The notes under the pieces are model-generated. The model did no database searches, was not told where the DNA came from, and saw nothing but the letters and a program-made list of their open reading frames with translations. The position numbers and the translations under genes were made by a program. Of a stretch of DNA of 64,000 bases, positions 28,706 through 37,663 are shown one piece after another. Each line of letters starts with the position of its first letter. Position 1 is the first letter of the stretch. This DNA comes from a virus, in IMG/VR virus record IMGVR_UViG_3300035190_001334, positions 64,001 through 128,000 of that record; one strand, 5' to 3'.

Positions 28706-30373
28706 CTAGAATTGAATACTATTAATATCTTCTGTGCTAGGTACGCTATCAGTGAAAATAAAGAAGTCATTGGATTCATTATAACTTGAGTCGTGTTTTG
28801 CCCAATACTCGTCTTCAGTAAGTTTGTGGTCGCTGTCGCCAAATAGCATGATGGTACTGTTGCTGGTTTTTTGGCTTAGGTAGCCGATTGCATAACTTAC
28901 ATCGTCTACCCACTCGTTAGTTGAAAATAGCGGGAATCCAACCAACTCATTAATAGCGTGGTCTGGGTCGTATGTCTCGTCAAGAGTGTAGTCGGTTGAA
29001 TGAGGTTTGTAGAAATACAGTTGCCCATTTTTAATGAAAGGTACAGCAGCACCAAATCGCTTTTCTTTGTCTGCCTGTGTCTTGCCGCCCCACACGCTAG
29101 GTCTGAAAGGTACAATGTTAGGGAACTCACTAGCAAGTAACCGCATCACTGCTTCGCCATTAGCTTTTGCCTCAACACCAATTTCAGCTTCGGGATATTT
29201 CTTGGCTAGTTTTTTGATAGCTGCCATTTGCCCTACGATGTCCAGTTTAGCGCGAATACCATCGATGACATAGTAGCTATCTTCTTTTCTGCCTACCACT
29301 GCGCCGAGATTCCAGCTTGTAGACGCTTCTGATGCCGCAAAGGTCAAATCCCACATGATAAGCATCGAGTCCATCTTAGTTGGCTTCTGTGACACAATGC
29401 GAATATCTTTCTCGTCGAGCGTGATACCCTTACCACCACCTGAAGGGTCTTGTTGGAAGAGCGTCTTGCGTCTGATTGGATTGATTGTCTCAAGGTAACT
29501 GAGAGGTAAGCGCTTCTTGTCCATAAGCTCACCTTCAGTCTTGCGTGGGTCATTCCACTTGGCTCCGAGGGGCGAGAAGTAAGTCTTACGAGCAGCAAAC
29601 TCAGCAGGTATACAAAGCTCAAAGAAACCGTCTTCACCTTTGTATTTCTCAAAGAGGTGAGCAATTAAGTCATCATCACCAAGACGCTGACAAATTGCCA
29701 TCTTGACATCGGTATTAACATCATTGCTACGTCCGAATAGCTGGTCAGTTACCCAGTTATTGCGCTCACGACGAATACGCTCGTTTTGATACATTGTTTC
29801 ATCGATAATGTCATCGATGATGAATACGGTTCCCCCATTACCGATAATTCCAGTGTCAGGTGAAGATATATTGATGTCACCACTTGCGGTATTACTAATC
29901 TTTTTCTTAGTTGATTGGTCTTCCGATAACTTAAAGGCAAAGTTTGGGCTTTCTAGTTTGCAATATCTATCTCCATACCGAGGGTTGTTAATGATGTTTC
30001 GACTTTTAATTAAGTTTGTAGTGCAAAGGTCTAACTTGTGAGAAGATAGGAAAAAACGTTCTTCTGGTGTTGTAATCCATCTGAAGGCTGGCGTACAAAT
30101 GGATGCTACACTGGTTTTCGAGCTACGGGGGCTAACAGTAATCGCAAGCTTTCTTATTTGCCTATTTAATGCCGCTTCAATATGTTCGGCAATAATATCA
30201 ATGTGCCAATTACTCACTAGTGGCGTACCTTCATACAAATCCCAAGCCCAAGGTACAAAGTGGCGCAACTTCTTACTCGCTTTTTCTGCCAACACATCAT
30301 CGAGCGCGTCACTCATCTTGCGGAGTTCAGCTTCGCTCATGTCATTGGATTGTTTCTGTGTGGTTCTTGCCAT
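28706..30373 (-). CDS. terL: Terminase large subunit
   Basis: SPRSSKT Walker A, IIDD Walker B, IMWDLTF and DDVSYAI nuclease motifs. Confidence 0.92.
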   Translation of the reverse strand: MARTTQKQSNDMSEAELRKMSDALDDVLAEKASKKLRHFVPWAWDLYEGTPLVSNWHIDIIAEHIEAALNRQIRKLAITVSPRSSKTSVASICTPAFRWITTPEERFFLSSHKLDLCTTNLIKSRNIINNPRYGDRYCKLESPNFAFKLSEDQSTKKKISNTASGDINISSPDTGIIGNGGTVFIIDDIIDETMYQNERIRRERNNWVTDQLFGRSNDVNTDVKMAICQRLGDDDLIAHLFEKYKGEDGFFELCIPAEFAARKTYFSPLGAKWNDPRKTEGELMDKKRLPLSYLETINPIRRKTLFQQDPSGGGKGITLDEKDIRIVSQKPTKMDSMLIMWDLTFAASEASTSWNLGAVVGRKEDSYYVIDGIRAKLDIVGQMAAIKKLAKKYPEAEIGVEAKANGEAVMRLLASEFPNIVPFRPSVWGGKTQADKEKRFGAAVPFIKNGQLYFYKPHSTDYTLDETYDPDHAINELVGFPLFSTNEWVDDVSYAIGYLSQKTSNSTIMLFGDSDHKLTEDEYWAKHDSSYNESNDFFIFTDSVPSTEDINSIQF

Positions 30374-30565
30374 AGAGTTATATGTTGTGTTATATTGGTC
30401 AAGTATATCATTAGGTTGAATTGGCTATGACCCCAGACTATTTCCAGCAAAAAACTGCATACAACAATAAGAAAGCTAATAATGTTGTTATATCTAAAGG
30501 TTTCCAAGATTTTATAGATAGTTTACCTAAAACCTATGAACCAAAAGCCAGAATAGTAAAACAAG

Positions 30566-30895
30566 ATGGCTCGATTCAAAGTTCAGATTAAAAACAGTAT
30601 CCTCAAGCAGCCTGTCAAGCGCTACATTCCGCCTGATACTATTGGTGTGCAGTTCTTGATTGACTTTGCTAAATGTGATGCTAAAAATTCGCGTACTATC
30701 GAGTACTTGAAGGTTATCATGCCGTCAGAAAAGAATGTTGTAGCAGCTAATGCAGTGACGGTTTGGATAGTCGCGCACAAAGAACTGGACTTGAAGCTAT
30801 ATAGCCCTAAGCAGGGCGTGGTAGAGTACATTGATAGCAACCTCACTCCGTTCGGGGTGCAGAAAAAAGAGATTAGGAGAAGTAATGACAAATAA
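30566..30895 (+). CDS. Hypothetical protein
   Basis: 109 aa ORF overlapping the start of the next gene. Confidence 0.55.
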   Translation: MARFKVQIKNSILKQPVKRYIPPDTIGVQFLIDFAKCDAKNSRTIEYLKVIMPSEKNVVAANAVTVWIVAHKELDLKLYSPKQGVVEYIDSNLTPFGVQKKEIRRSNDK

Positions 30896-31613
30896 CATAG
30901 AACAAAAGCTGCAATCACTACGCAACTTAAATAGTGAACAGCCCGAAATGCAAAAGATAACAGTACATAAACTCAGCAAAACAAGTTGGGTAAATTGGAC
31001 TGATATTAAACGCGCATATATTCTTGGCAAGCGTATCGAGGAGTTCGACGAGGAGACTGGACACACGCGGATTTGGTCTGAGAGCTACAATCTGCAAGAA
31101 CTTGCTGAGGAGTTTGGTGTTGGAGTTAGTCAGCTAACCAAGAAGTCGGCTACCGAAGGTTGGGGCGGATTGCGCGATAGTTACTTGGCGCGAGTACAGG
31201 AAGAGGCGCTAGGCACTGAGCTTGGTTATTTCACCAACGAGGAGAGCGAGACTGAGGCAAACAGCTTGGCTATCATTCGTAAGGGCATGAAACTGATTAA
31301 CTTAGGGCTTGAGCAAGAGTATGGCGACTTACTTGAGGCTGTGGACGCTGATGGTGATGTGGACTTGCGCGAGTATAGTAAGGTCAACTTGAAGGCGCTG
31401 ACTGAAGGAATCAAGGGGCTGAAGATGCTGCATGAGATGCATGGTAAGGTGATGGAGCAAGCACCTAAGACTAACCAAGAGCTACTGGAGCAACTGAATC
31501 GTAGCAAGACGGTTGAGAGGCTGAAGAATCCTAAAGAGCGCGAGAAATTGCAAAAGGAGCTACAAAAGAAATTGCAACTCCTTAGTCAGATAGAGGAAGA
31601 TGATGAAGATTAG
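30885..31613 (+). CDS. Putative terminase small subunit
   Basis: HTH LQELAEEFGVGVSQLTKKSATEGW then coiled coil; RBS aggaga before ATG 30885. Confidence 0.55.
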   Translation: MTNNIEQKLQSLRNLNSEQPEMQKITVHKLSKTSWVNWTDIKRAYILGKRIEEFDEETGHTRIWSESYNLQELAEEFGVGVSQLTKKSATEGWGGLRDSYLARVQEEALGTELGYFTNEESETEANSLAIIRKGMKLINLGLEQEYGDLLEAVDADGDVDLREYSKVNLKALTEGIKGLKMLHEMHGKVMEQAPKTNQELLEQLNRSKTVERLKNPKEREKLQKELQKKLQLLSQIEEDDED

Positions 31614-32551
31614 TCGTCGATGTTGTTACGGCGATAGTACTTAGCATTTGCATAGGCATCTTTTAACCCTTCTTTGGCTACGCCTCCTGTAAAACCAAGT
31701 CCACCACCGACAATTCCGCCAACACCCGCATTGCCGACTAATTTACCTAATCTCCCCAAGCCTGTAGTTCTAGCTTTTTCTTCTTCTGACTCTCCAACAC
31801 CCGAACCTTTAACTAGTCCAGCAGCAGCCCCAATACCAGCACCAATTTGTACTCCTCTGTTCTGTGCAAAGGCTTGACCTACTCCCTTGGCTGCACTGCC
31901 AGCATCTTGAACGTTGTGCCAATAAGGACGGGCTTTATCTACTATTGCAGGTAAGGGATTTGTGAAACCAAAATTAGCGAAATGTTGCATCTGTGTGTGT
32001 TGTGTAAAATTTATTCTGCTATTATAGCCTGTGTTAAATGCTTGGGGCATATAGTACGACTGCATCATTTTTTTGTCGTAGTCACTTTTTATATTTTTGA
32101 TTGCATCGTTATCAATAAGCTGCACCTTTTTACGTTTTGGGCTTAGCCGAACTATATTGCCCTCATGTAAGTCGGTGTGACCTAGACCTTTACTGAGCAG
32201 CTTATTTTGTATTCTACCAACTTGAGAACCTAATTTGTATTGCTCTTTAGCACTAACCCCTTCTAGTTGTTCAGGTAGAGATTTGCCAGCATAGTCTTGT
32301 GTGTAGGTTTGTAGATTTCCACGTTCGCGGTAATTCTGTACTGCGGGGACTACACCGAGCTTAGATGCTGTATCGGCATTGGCATATTCTTTTCTGCTGC
32401 TTCGGATGTCTGCTTGTCGGTACTCTGGTACGTCAGAGCCTATGTTGTCGATGCGTACTTTGTTAGTTTTAGGGAAATGTAGTACACGCTTCTCTGGTGT
32501 GAGAAGGAGGGCTTTGGCGTTGCGGATACGGGCAAAGTCGGTTATGTTCAT
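31610..32551 (-). CDS. Kinase-like domain fused via HFANF to Gly-zipper module
   Basis: HTDLHEGNIV ... LIDND catalytic motifs; C-terminal module paralogous to those in 11934-13607. Confidence 0.62.
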   Translation of the reverse strand: MNITDFARIRNAKALLLTPEKRVLHFPKTNKVRIDNIGSDVPEYRQADIRSSRKEYANADTASKLGVVPAVQNYRERGNLQTYTQDYAGKSLPEQLEGVSAKEQYKLGSQVGRIQNKLLSKGLGHTDLHEGNIVRLSPKRKKVQLIDNDAIKNIKSDYDKKMMQSYYMPQAFNTGYNSRINFTQHTQMQHFANFGFTNPLPAIVDKARPYWHNVQDAGSAAKGVGQAFAQNRGVQIGAGIGAAAGLVKGSGVGESEEEKARTTGLGRLGKLVGNAGVGGIVGGGLGFTGGVAKEGLKDAYANAKYYRRNNIDD

Positions 32552-32553
32552 GG

Positions 32554-32919
32554 TTAGAATACTTTATAGAGGATATCGGGATTCAAAGACATTATTTTCC
32601 TTGACTCTGCACTGAGGGGGTTGCGGTCTGAAGTACAGAAATAAAGCTTAGTACGCTCTTCGTTATAATGCATAGCGTAGTGCCTGAGTTGAGAAATTGC
32701 AGACTTTAAGCTACTAGAATCGTTCCTTCTCTTACATTCGATAATGTGCCAACAAATACCACCAGAGGGCAAGTATTCACGCACCAAGCAGTCTATACGT
32801 CCTGTGGGTACTTTTACCTCAGTCTGCACAACAAAACCGCTAGACCGCATAAAATTGGCAACTGCGTCTCTAGTATATTTCTCAAGTGGCAGATTACTTG
32901 TTTTACGCTTAGCAGCCAT
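32554..32919 (-). CDS. PD-(D/E)XK nuclease
   Basis: EV...GRIDCLV...IIECK...AISQLRHY. Confidence 0.75.
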   Translation of the reverse strand: MAAKRKTSNLPLEKYTRDAVANFMRSSGFVVQTEVKVPTGRIDCLVREYLPSGGICWHIIECKRRNDSSSLKSAISQLRHYAMHYNEERTKLYFCTSDRNPLSAESRKIMSLNPDILYKVF

Positions 32920-33134
32920 TAACTCTTGATACGCGAAATTAACTCAGCACTGACATTCTTTTTCTGCAACGCCTTTGGCATGAGAGGAGGTTTGGCTACT
33001 TGTTTCAGCATCTTCTTATCAGCTTTTTTGCCTGTTAGTCCCTTAAGGTCAGTTAGGGGAGGTGGGAAGATGTTGGGTAGTTTGGTGTCGGGCTTTTTGG
33101 TCGCTACGGGTGTAGTAGTGTCGTCAGGGTTCAT
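32919..33134 (-). CDS. Small Pro/Lys-rich hypothetical protein
   Basis: Overlapping stop/start with both neighbours. Confidence 0.5.
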   Translation of the reverse strand: MNPDDTTTPVATKKPDTKLPNIFPPPLTDLKGLTGKKADKKMLKQVAKPPLMPKALQKKNVSAELISRIKS

Positions 33135-33385
33135 TGTGGGTCGCCAATCTTAGTGTAGGTGTAGGTCGCTTCATTTACTTGTCGGTAACTTCCATCTGTA
33201 TAGTATAGCGTGTAGACGTTGGGAACGCACTGGTTGAGGTTGTTGCATCCGCCAATTGTTTTTTGCTTGGCTGTGAGAGTGACGGGTGACGAAGAAGGTG
33301 ACGGACTGGGCTTGTCATTGAGTTCGGGGCAACCAACTAGGAGTGGAACGAGGAGTAGAGCGAAAGGGAGGATTTTTTTGAGCAT
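33131..33385 (-). CDS. Lipoprotein
   Basis: Signal MLKKILPFALLLVPLLVG-C with lipobox LVGC. Confidence 0.7.
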   Translation of the reverse strand: MLKKILPFALLLVPLLVGCPELNDKPSPSPSSSPVTLTAKQKTIGGCNNLNQCVPNVYTLYYTDGSYRQVNEATYTYTKIGDPQ

Positions 33386-33396
33386 GGTTAAGCAGC

Positions 33397-33885
33397 TTAC
33401 GCAGTTACGCTGGTTGGTTTGTATAATTCGACAATTTTTGGCAGTAACAGAGCAAGTTTGTCTTTTGGGACATATTGAGACATTTCAACTAAGGCTTGAA
33501 AAAGTGTTACTATACTAGTTCTACACAGTTCCCCGACTTCTTGCAGATTATTCTCAGCACCTCTGGCATTGTCGATAAGGTCAAAGAAATCTAGTTCTTC
33601 GCGCCCTAAGTCTTCTGCAATCATATCAGCTTGGTAGGCAAGTAGTTTTTCGATTAAGCTGTCGTCAACTGAGAACCACTCGCCACGTACTTTGTTAAAT
33701 TGAAAGATGTCGTGCAATGAGGCTTCTTCTTTCTTGCCGCCTTTGAATAGAGACAAAAGAGAAAGTTCTGATGAGTTGCCCATTTGAAGCTGCGAGAGTC
33801 GGGCGAAGGGGCTGTCACTGTAACCAATTTTGATGGTGTTAAGTTGTTTGCAGTGAATAATATACACGTAAGATTGTCTTTTCAT
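33397..33885 (-). CDS. T5orf172/MUG113 GIY-YIG family protein
   Basis: YVYII...IKIGYS..P..RLSQLQ...E..LH...RGEWF. Confidence 0.85.
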   Translation of the reverse strand: MKRQSYVYIIHCKQLNTIKIGYSDSPFARLSQLQMGNSSELSLLSLFKGGKKEEASLHDIFQFNKVRGEWFSVDDSLIEKLLAYQADMIAEDLGREELDFFDLIDNARGAENNLQEVGELCRTSIVTLFQALVEMSQYVPKDKLALLLPKIVELYKPTSVTA

Positions 33886-34562
33886 GGTTTTGTGTAGTAA
33901 ATGGCTCTTGAGGTGTCTTTGTGTTCTGTGTAGCCTAAATCATCCATAATAGATTTAAGCAGCTTCTGGGTGCTGTCTGGGTAGCCTTCACAAGCTTTCT
34001 TGATATCTTTAAGGAAGACGCGGCTACGTTTTTTTGTTGTGTAGGTCGAGAAATAGTCCTCAAGATACTCTTCGACGAAATTAACAAGGATATTGTCTTG
34101 TCTACGCAAAATTGCAAAGTAACGCTTAATACCAGTTAACAGTACTCCGTAAGGTATATGCCCAGAGAAGTAGTTTTGTAAATCTATCGATAAGAATGCT
34201 ATACAGTCGTCTCCATCTTTTATTGGGGAGTTTTTATAGAGTAGTTGTTTATTTTCTGCATCATAGTTAAACTTGTCTAGTAAATAAGGCGCAGTCACAA
34301 AAAACTTAGCTAACTTGGTTTCTGTTACTCTAGTATCTTTAGCACTCTCGATTAACTCACGTAATTGTGCGTTAGTTTGTTCCTGATTTTTCTTTAAGGT
34401 GTCGAAGTTTTTATCGGTTTGTACAAGATAACCTAAAACCACACCTAGAACGTTTTTATAGTTGCTGTCGTTTGCAGTCTCTATAATCGCGTCTATGTCT
34501 ATGGGTCTGGTAGCAAGCGATGTCTCAATTGTATCAGCTTCTATGGGGTTTGCATACTTCAT
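33882..34562 (-). CDS. Hypothetical protein, paralog of 54155-54847
   Basis: Shared ETKLA.FF.TAP.LL..F.YD and GIKRYFAI segments. Confidence 0.75.
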   Translation of the reverse strand: MKYANPIEADTIETSLATRPIDIDAIIETANDSNYKNVLGVVLGYLVQTDKNFDTLKKNQEQTNAQLRELIESAKDTRVTETKLAKFFVTAPYLLDKFNYDAENKQLLYKNSPIKDGDDCIAFLSIDLQNYFSGHIPYGVLLTGIKRYFAILRRQDNILVNFVEEYLEDYFSTYTTKKRSRVFLKDIKKACEGYPDSTQKLLKSIMDDLGYTEHKDTSRAIYYTKP

Positions 34563-35585
34563 ATCTGTCTTTATTACTATTCAATAAGTATAGCATAACC
34601 AATAGCACTAGAAAAACTATGCTGCCTTTTTCTGTTTGAAAACTATTGGTAGTCGAGAAAAAACTAGTGGTATATCGAGTGTTTGCTGCCTATACTTTCA
34701 AATTTGCATATTTATTGAAGTGCCTCAAACGTCGAGGAATCGTTGAATAACCATTGTTTTTGGTGTGCCTTATATTACTACTTCTTCTTCTTCTGGGGGC
34801 AACATCTTGAATTAGCCATGCGGCGATGAGCTAGTACTAACTTCGATATTCATAGTATTATCTAGCTGTTTTATAGTACTTTCTTTGGTAAATTCACGTT
34901 ATGTATGCTTTCTGAGATTTGGCGTAACAGAGGTGTGAGTATGAAAAATGAGAGGGATATGGGTATATTGATGAGTGTGAATATTGATGATAGTCGATAT
35001 ATCGAGGGGGTTGAAGCAAAATGATAATCATTCTCACTCCCAAAAATCTCCCATATATGAGCTACACACGATACAATCCCATTCCATCCCTCACACAAAT
35101 CCCACATTCTATCTCTTAACCCCTATCCTTCCCTAAGACAAATATCACATCTCTCACATAAATATCACTCTTTGCATTGTATAATCCGATACAGTACATT
35201 ATACAACCTATATGCTATAATCGTTTGAGCGATTTTAATTAAGTCACTCATCCTTTTAGATTACTTTCACTTACAAGATTATTATATATGTTTCACTTAT
35301 CTGATTATATAACGACAGCTACCATATGCAATTTGTTGCATAGTCCTAAAATCGATTCTGAGACTAGCAAAATGTCTAATGTGCAAATATACCTGAATGT
35401 ATGTAAACAAGTCTTACAGGTCAATTTAGCGACAGTACAAAAAACCATAAGGAATAACTAACGTAGTGACGCGCACGATACTATATGCTATAACGAAAAT
35501 TACACGACTTTACTTCGTTGTTTACATAACTTTACAATCGATAGTAGCTGAAACCCTTACCTAGAGCCAATCTCGAACCAATTTA

Positions 35586-35623
35586 AAAAAAGTGTTGACA
35601 TTCTAAGCTAACTCCTGTAACTT
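35586..35623 (+). promoter_or_regulatory. Sigma70-type early promoter P1
   Basis: A-tract, TTGACA (35595-35600), 17 bp spacer, TAACTT. Confidence 0.65.
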
Positions 35624-35693
35624 AGTTTACATGAGATACGAGATAAGCAAACGCAAGCAATCAAACGCAAGCAGTAAGCCAATCGTCTCTCCC

Positions 35694-35712
35694 GTACCTT
35701 GAAAATTTCATA
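35694..35712 (+). promoter_or_regulatory. boxA-like antitermination element 1
   Basis: gtaccttgaaaatttcata resembles cyanobacterial rrn boxA GAACCTTGAAAA. Confidence 0.45.
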
Positions 35713-35756
35713 TTTCATCTGACTCGACACAAACGAGTTCGCTAAAAACGAATTTT

Positions 35757-35794
35757 AAAAAAGTGTTGACAACCAAAAAGAAATATGCAAAGCT
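35757..35794 (+). promoter_or_regulatory. Sigma70-type early promoter P2
   Basis: Same aaaaaagtgTTGACA (35766-35771) as P1; weaker -10 (TGc-AAAGCT). Confidence 0.5.
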
Positions 35795-35853
35795 TTAAAG
35801 GTCAAAGCAACTAAAGCTTGTATCTGGGTTCTCCAGCGCTACAGATTTAGCCT

Positions 35854-35872
35854 GTACCATGAAAACCGAATA
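35854..35872 (+). promoter_or_regulatory. boxA-like antitermination element 2
   Basis: gtaccatgaaaaccgaata, at a similar distance from P2 as element 1 is from P1. Confidence 0.45.
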
Positions 35873-35988
35873 ACTACACAAAACCCAGTTTTATTTTTAG
35901 GGTTATCTAATCGCAGTTATCCTGATAGCAAGGGATTGAACGTAAGGCGCTAGATAGGGTATAGCAAGCAACTGCTTAGTTATATCGC

Positions 35989-36236
35989 GTGATTCTGTCG
36001 TATGAGACACAACGTTATCTATAGAGCTTAACCTATAGAATCGTAAGAATAGTTAAGCCTTAGAAAGTTCGCAGTCACCTAAAAACTGCAAAATATCAAT
36101 AAAGACAACGACATACTTAATTTTGTAAACGTAACAACTGCTTAAAGCTTGTGATTGTAAGATTATCACTGACTGTTAAATTAAGACGGTTAAACGAATA
36201 AAACAAGTTAAGTTAGTCTAGTCCTAACTGTGCTGT
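35989..36236 (+). repeat. ~250 nt structured direct repeat, copy 1 (candidate ncRNA)
   Basis: Near-identical to 36683-36934 except for a 41 nt central segment. Confidence 0.85.
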
Positions 36237-36280
36237 AATTCGCTTACGCTCATTTAAAATAACAAAGGAGATAAGACAAA

Positions 36281-36610
36281 ATGATAACTAAAGAGTTATT
36301 AGATAAAGAATACTACTACATAAGAGACTTAGATAAGCTAACTAGCCCTGAGTACTTACAGAATATAAAGTACTACGATTTAGAATATTTTCAAAGAGGC
36401 TATTTTTATCTCTACTTTTCTGACAAAATGAACAATTTGGTTCTAAGTTGGATTAACGATAATCTCGACCCTAAAGGTAATACTGGACACTTTTTAGAAG
36501 TTATTGCTACAGCTTTTGATGCTGTAGGATTACCTATTGGAGAGTATGAACGTGTTTTTACTGATAGTAGAGCGCACGACTTTTTTCTAGATTTGTTTGA
36601 TTTTGAGTAA
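36281..36610 (+). CDS. Hypothetical early protein (cassette 1)
   Basis: RBS aggagataaga; enclosed by a 19 nt inverted repeat. Confidence 0.75.
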   Translation: MITKELLDKEYYYIRDLDKLTSPEYLQNIKYYDLEYFQRGYFYLYFSDKMNNLVLSWINDNLDPKGNTGHFLEVIATAFDAVGLPIGEYERVFTDSRAHDFFLDLFDFE

Positions 36611-36682
36611 CTAAGCTGAACAAATGAACGAAGTAAATACAGCACAGCTAAGACTAGCACTATCGCTAGTTGTTATCGTGAG

Positions 36683-36934
36683 GTGATTCTGTCGTATGAG
36701 ACACAACGTTATCTATAGAGCTTAACCTATAGAACCGTAAGAACAGTTAAGCCTATCTTTTGATAGATATAACCTAACGGCTGGTTAGTAAACCGTTTAA
36801 GACAATGACATACTTAACTTTGTAAACGTAACAACTGCTTAGAGTTTGTGAATGTAAGATTATCATTGACTGTTAAATTAAGACGGTTGAACGAATAAAA
36901 CAGGTTAAGTTTAGTCTAGTCCTAACTGTGCTGT
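36683..36934 (+). repeat. ~250 nt structured direct repeat, copy 2 (candidate ncRNA)
   Basis: Near-identical to 35989-36236 except for a 44 nt central segment. Confidence 0.85.
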
Positions 36935-36967
36935 GAAGCTTATCACTACTATATAGGAGATAAGAAT

Positions 36968-37276
36968 ATGTGTGAAGTTCATAGAAATGGTAAAGCACTG
37001 AAACAAGTTAAAAATCTTGGTTGGTTGCTAAGAAATTGGAAAGATGTAAAAAACTTTGATGTGCGTTTATCAGGTAATAGGTTCCCTAGTGAATATACAT
37101 TAACCGCTTTCTCTGATGATTGGTTTTTTACCACTGACTACGCATCGTTAAGCGTGTTACATACTTGGTTAAATAGACCTGTATTTGTTGGGTTGCCTAT
37201 CAATTGGTTATCTGCTGATAAAGTTAAGATTGGTAGCCTTGAGTATGTAAAATTAAGTCCTGATATCGCATCGTAA
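36968..37276 (+). CDS. Hypothetical early protein (cassette 2)
   Basis: RBS aggagataaga; enclosed by the same inverted repeat. Confidence 0.75.
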   Translation: MCEVHRNGKALKQVKNLGWLLRNWKDVKNFDVRLSGNRFPSEYTLTAFSDDWFFTTDYASLSVLHTWLNRPVFVGLPINWLSADKVKIGSLEYVKLSPDIAS

Positions 37277-37337
37277 CTAAGCTGACAGCACAGCTAAGAC
37301 TAGCACTAACGCTATGTCTATTATCGTGAGGTTAATT

Positions 37338-37472
37338 ATGTATCTCGACATCGTGCCAAGTCAATATAGAGGTTTTTGGTTCTGTCATAACTTCGATGTT
37401 GTTGAGTCACCAAAGTATGTTGATGTTTGTGTTTGGTGTGTAAGGTTGCAAGCGTACTTTAAAAGCTTGTAA
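37338..37472 (+). CDS. Small hypothetical protein (44 aa, not in ORF track)
   Basis: gaggt RBS, MYLDIVPSQY... Confidence 0.4.
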   Translation: MYLDIVPSQYRGFWFCHNFDVVESPKYVDVCVWCVRLQAYFKSL

Positions 37473-37553
37473 CATTAACAAAACACCCTACACCCATTAA
37501 TGAGTCTATGGTAAATATTTAAAATCCCCCAAAAATTTCTGTCTAGCTTCATG

Positions 37554-37611
37554 TAGGTTGATTATTCCTAACAGCATAGTTTTTTACTGTGCTGTCAAGA
37601 GTATTCACCTA
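37554..37611 (+). other. CUA/CAA internal-loop hairpin A
   Basis: ttc-cta-acagcatagt...actgtgctgt-caa-gag. Confidence 0.6.
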
Positions 37612-37663
37612 AAAAGTGTATATCTCTACTAACCGCTAAAACAGTCTATAGGACTGGAATCAA

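Noticed and set aside
28696-28842. N-terminal extension of the 174 aa ORF overlapping terL
   Set aside because: ATG at 28695 removes the long overlap
35648-35673. Tandem caaacgcaagca repeat
   Set aside because: Only two 12-mers in a leader loop; no independent support for a function
34563-36280. tRNA genes in the long non-coding region
   Set aside because: No cloverleaf with a T-loop GTTC motif and acceptor stem was found by eye
35989-37332. CRISPR array
   Set aside because: Only two units; conserved blocks are 72 and 135 nt and are separated by whole genes; no cas genes
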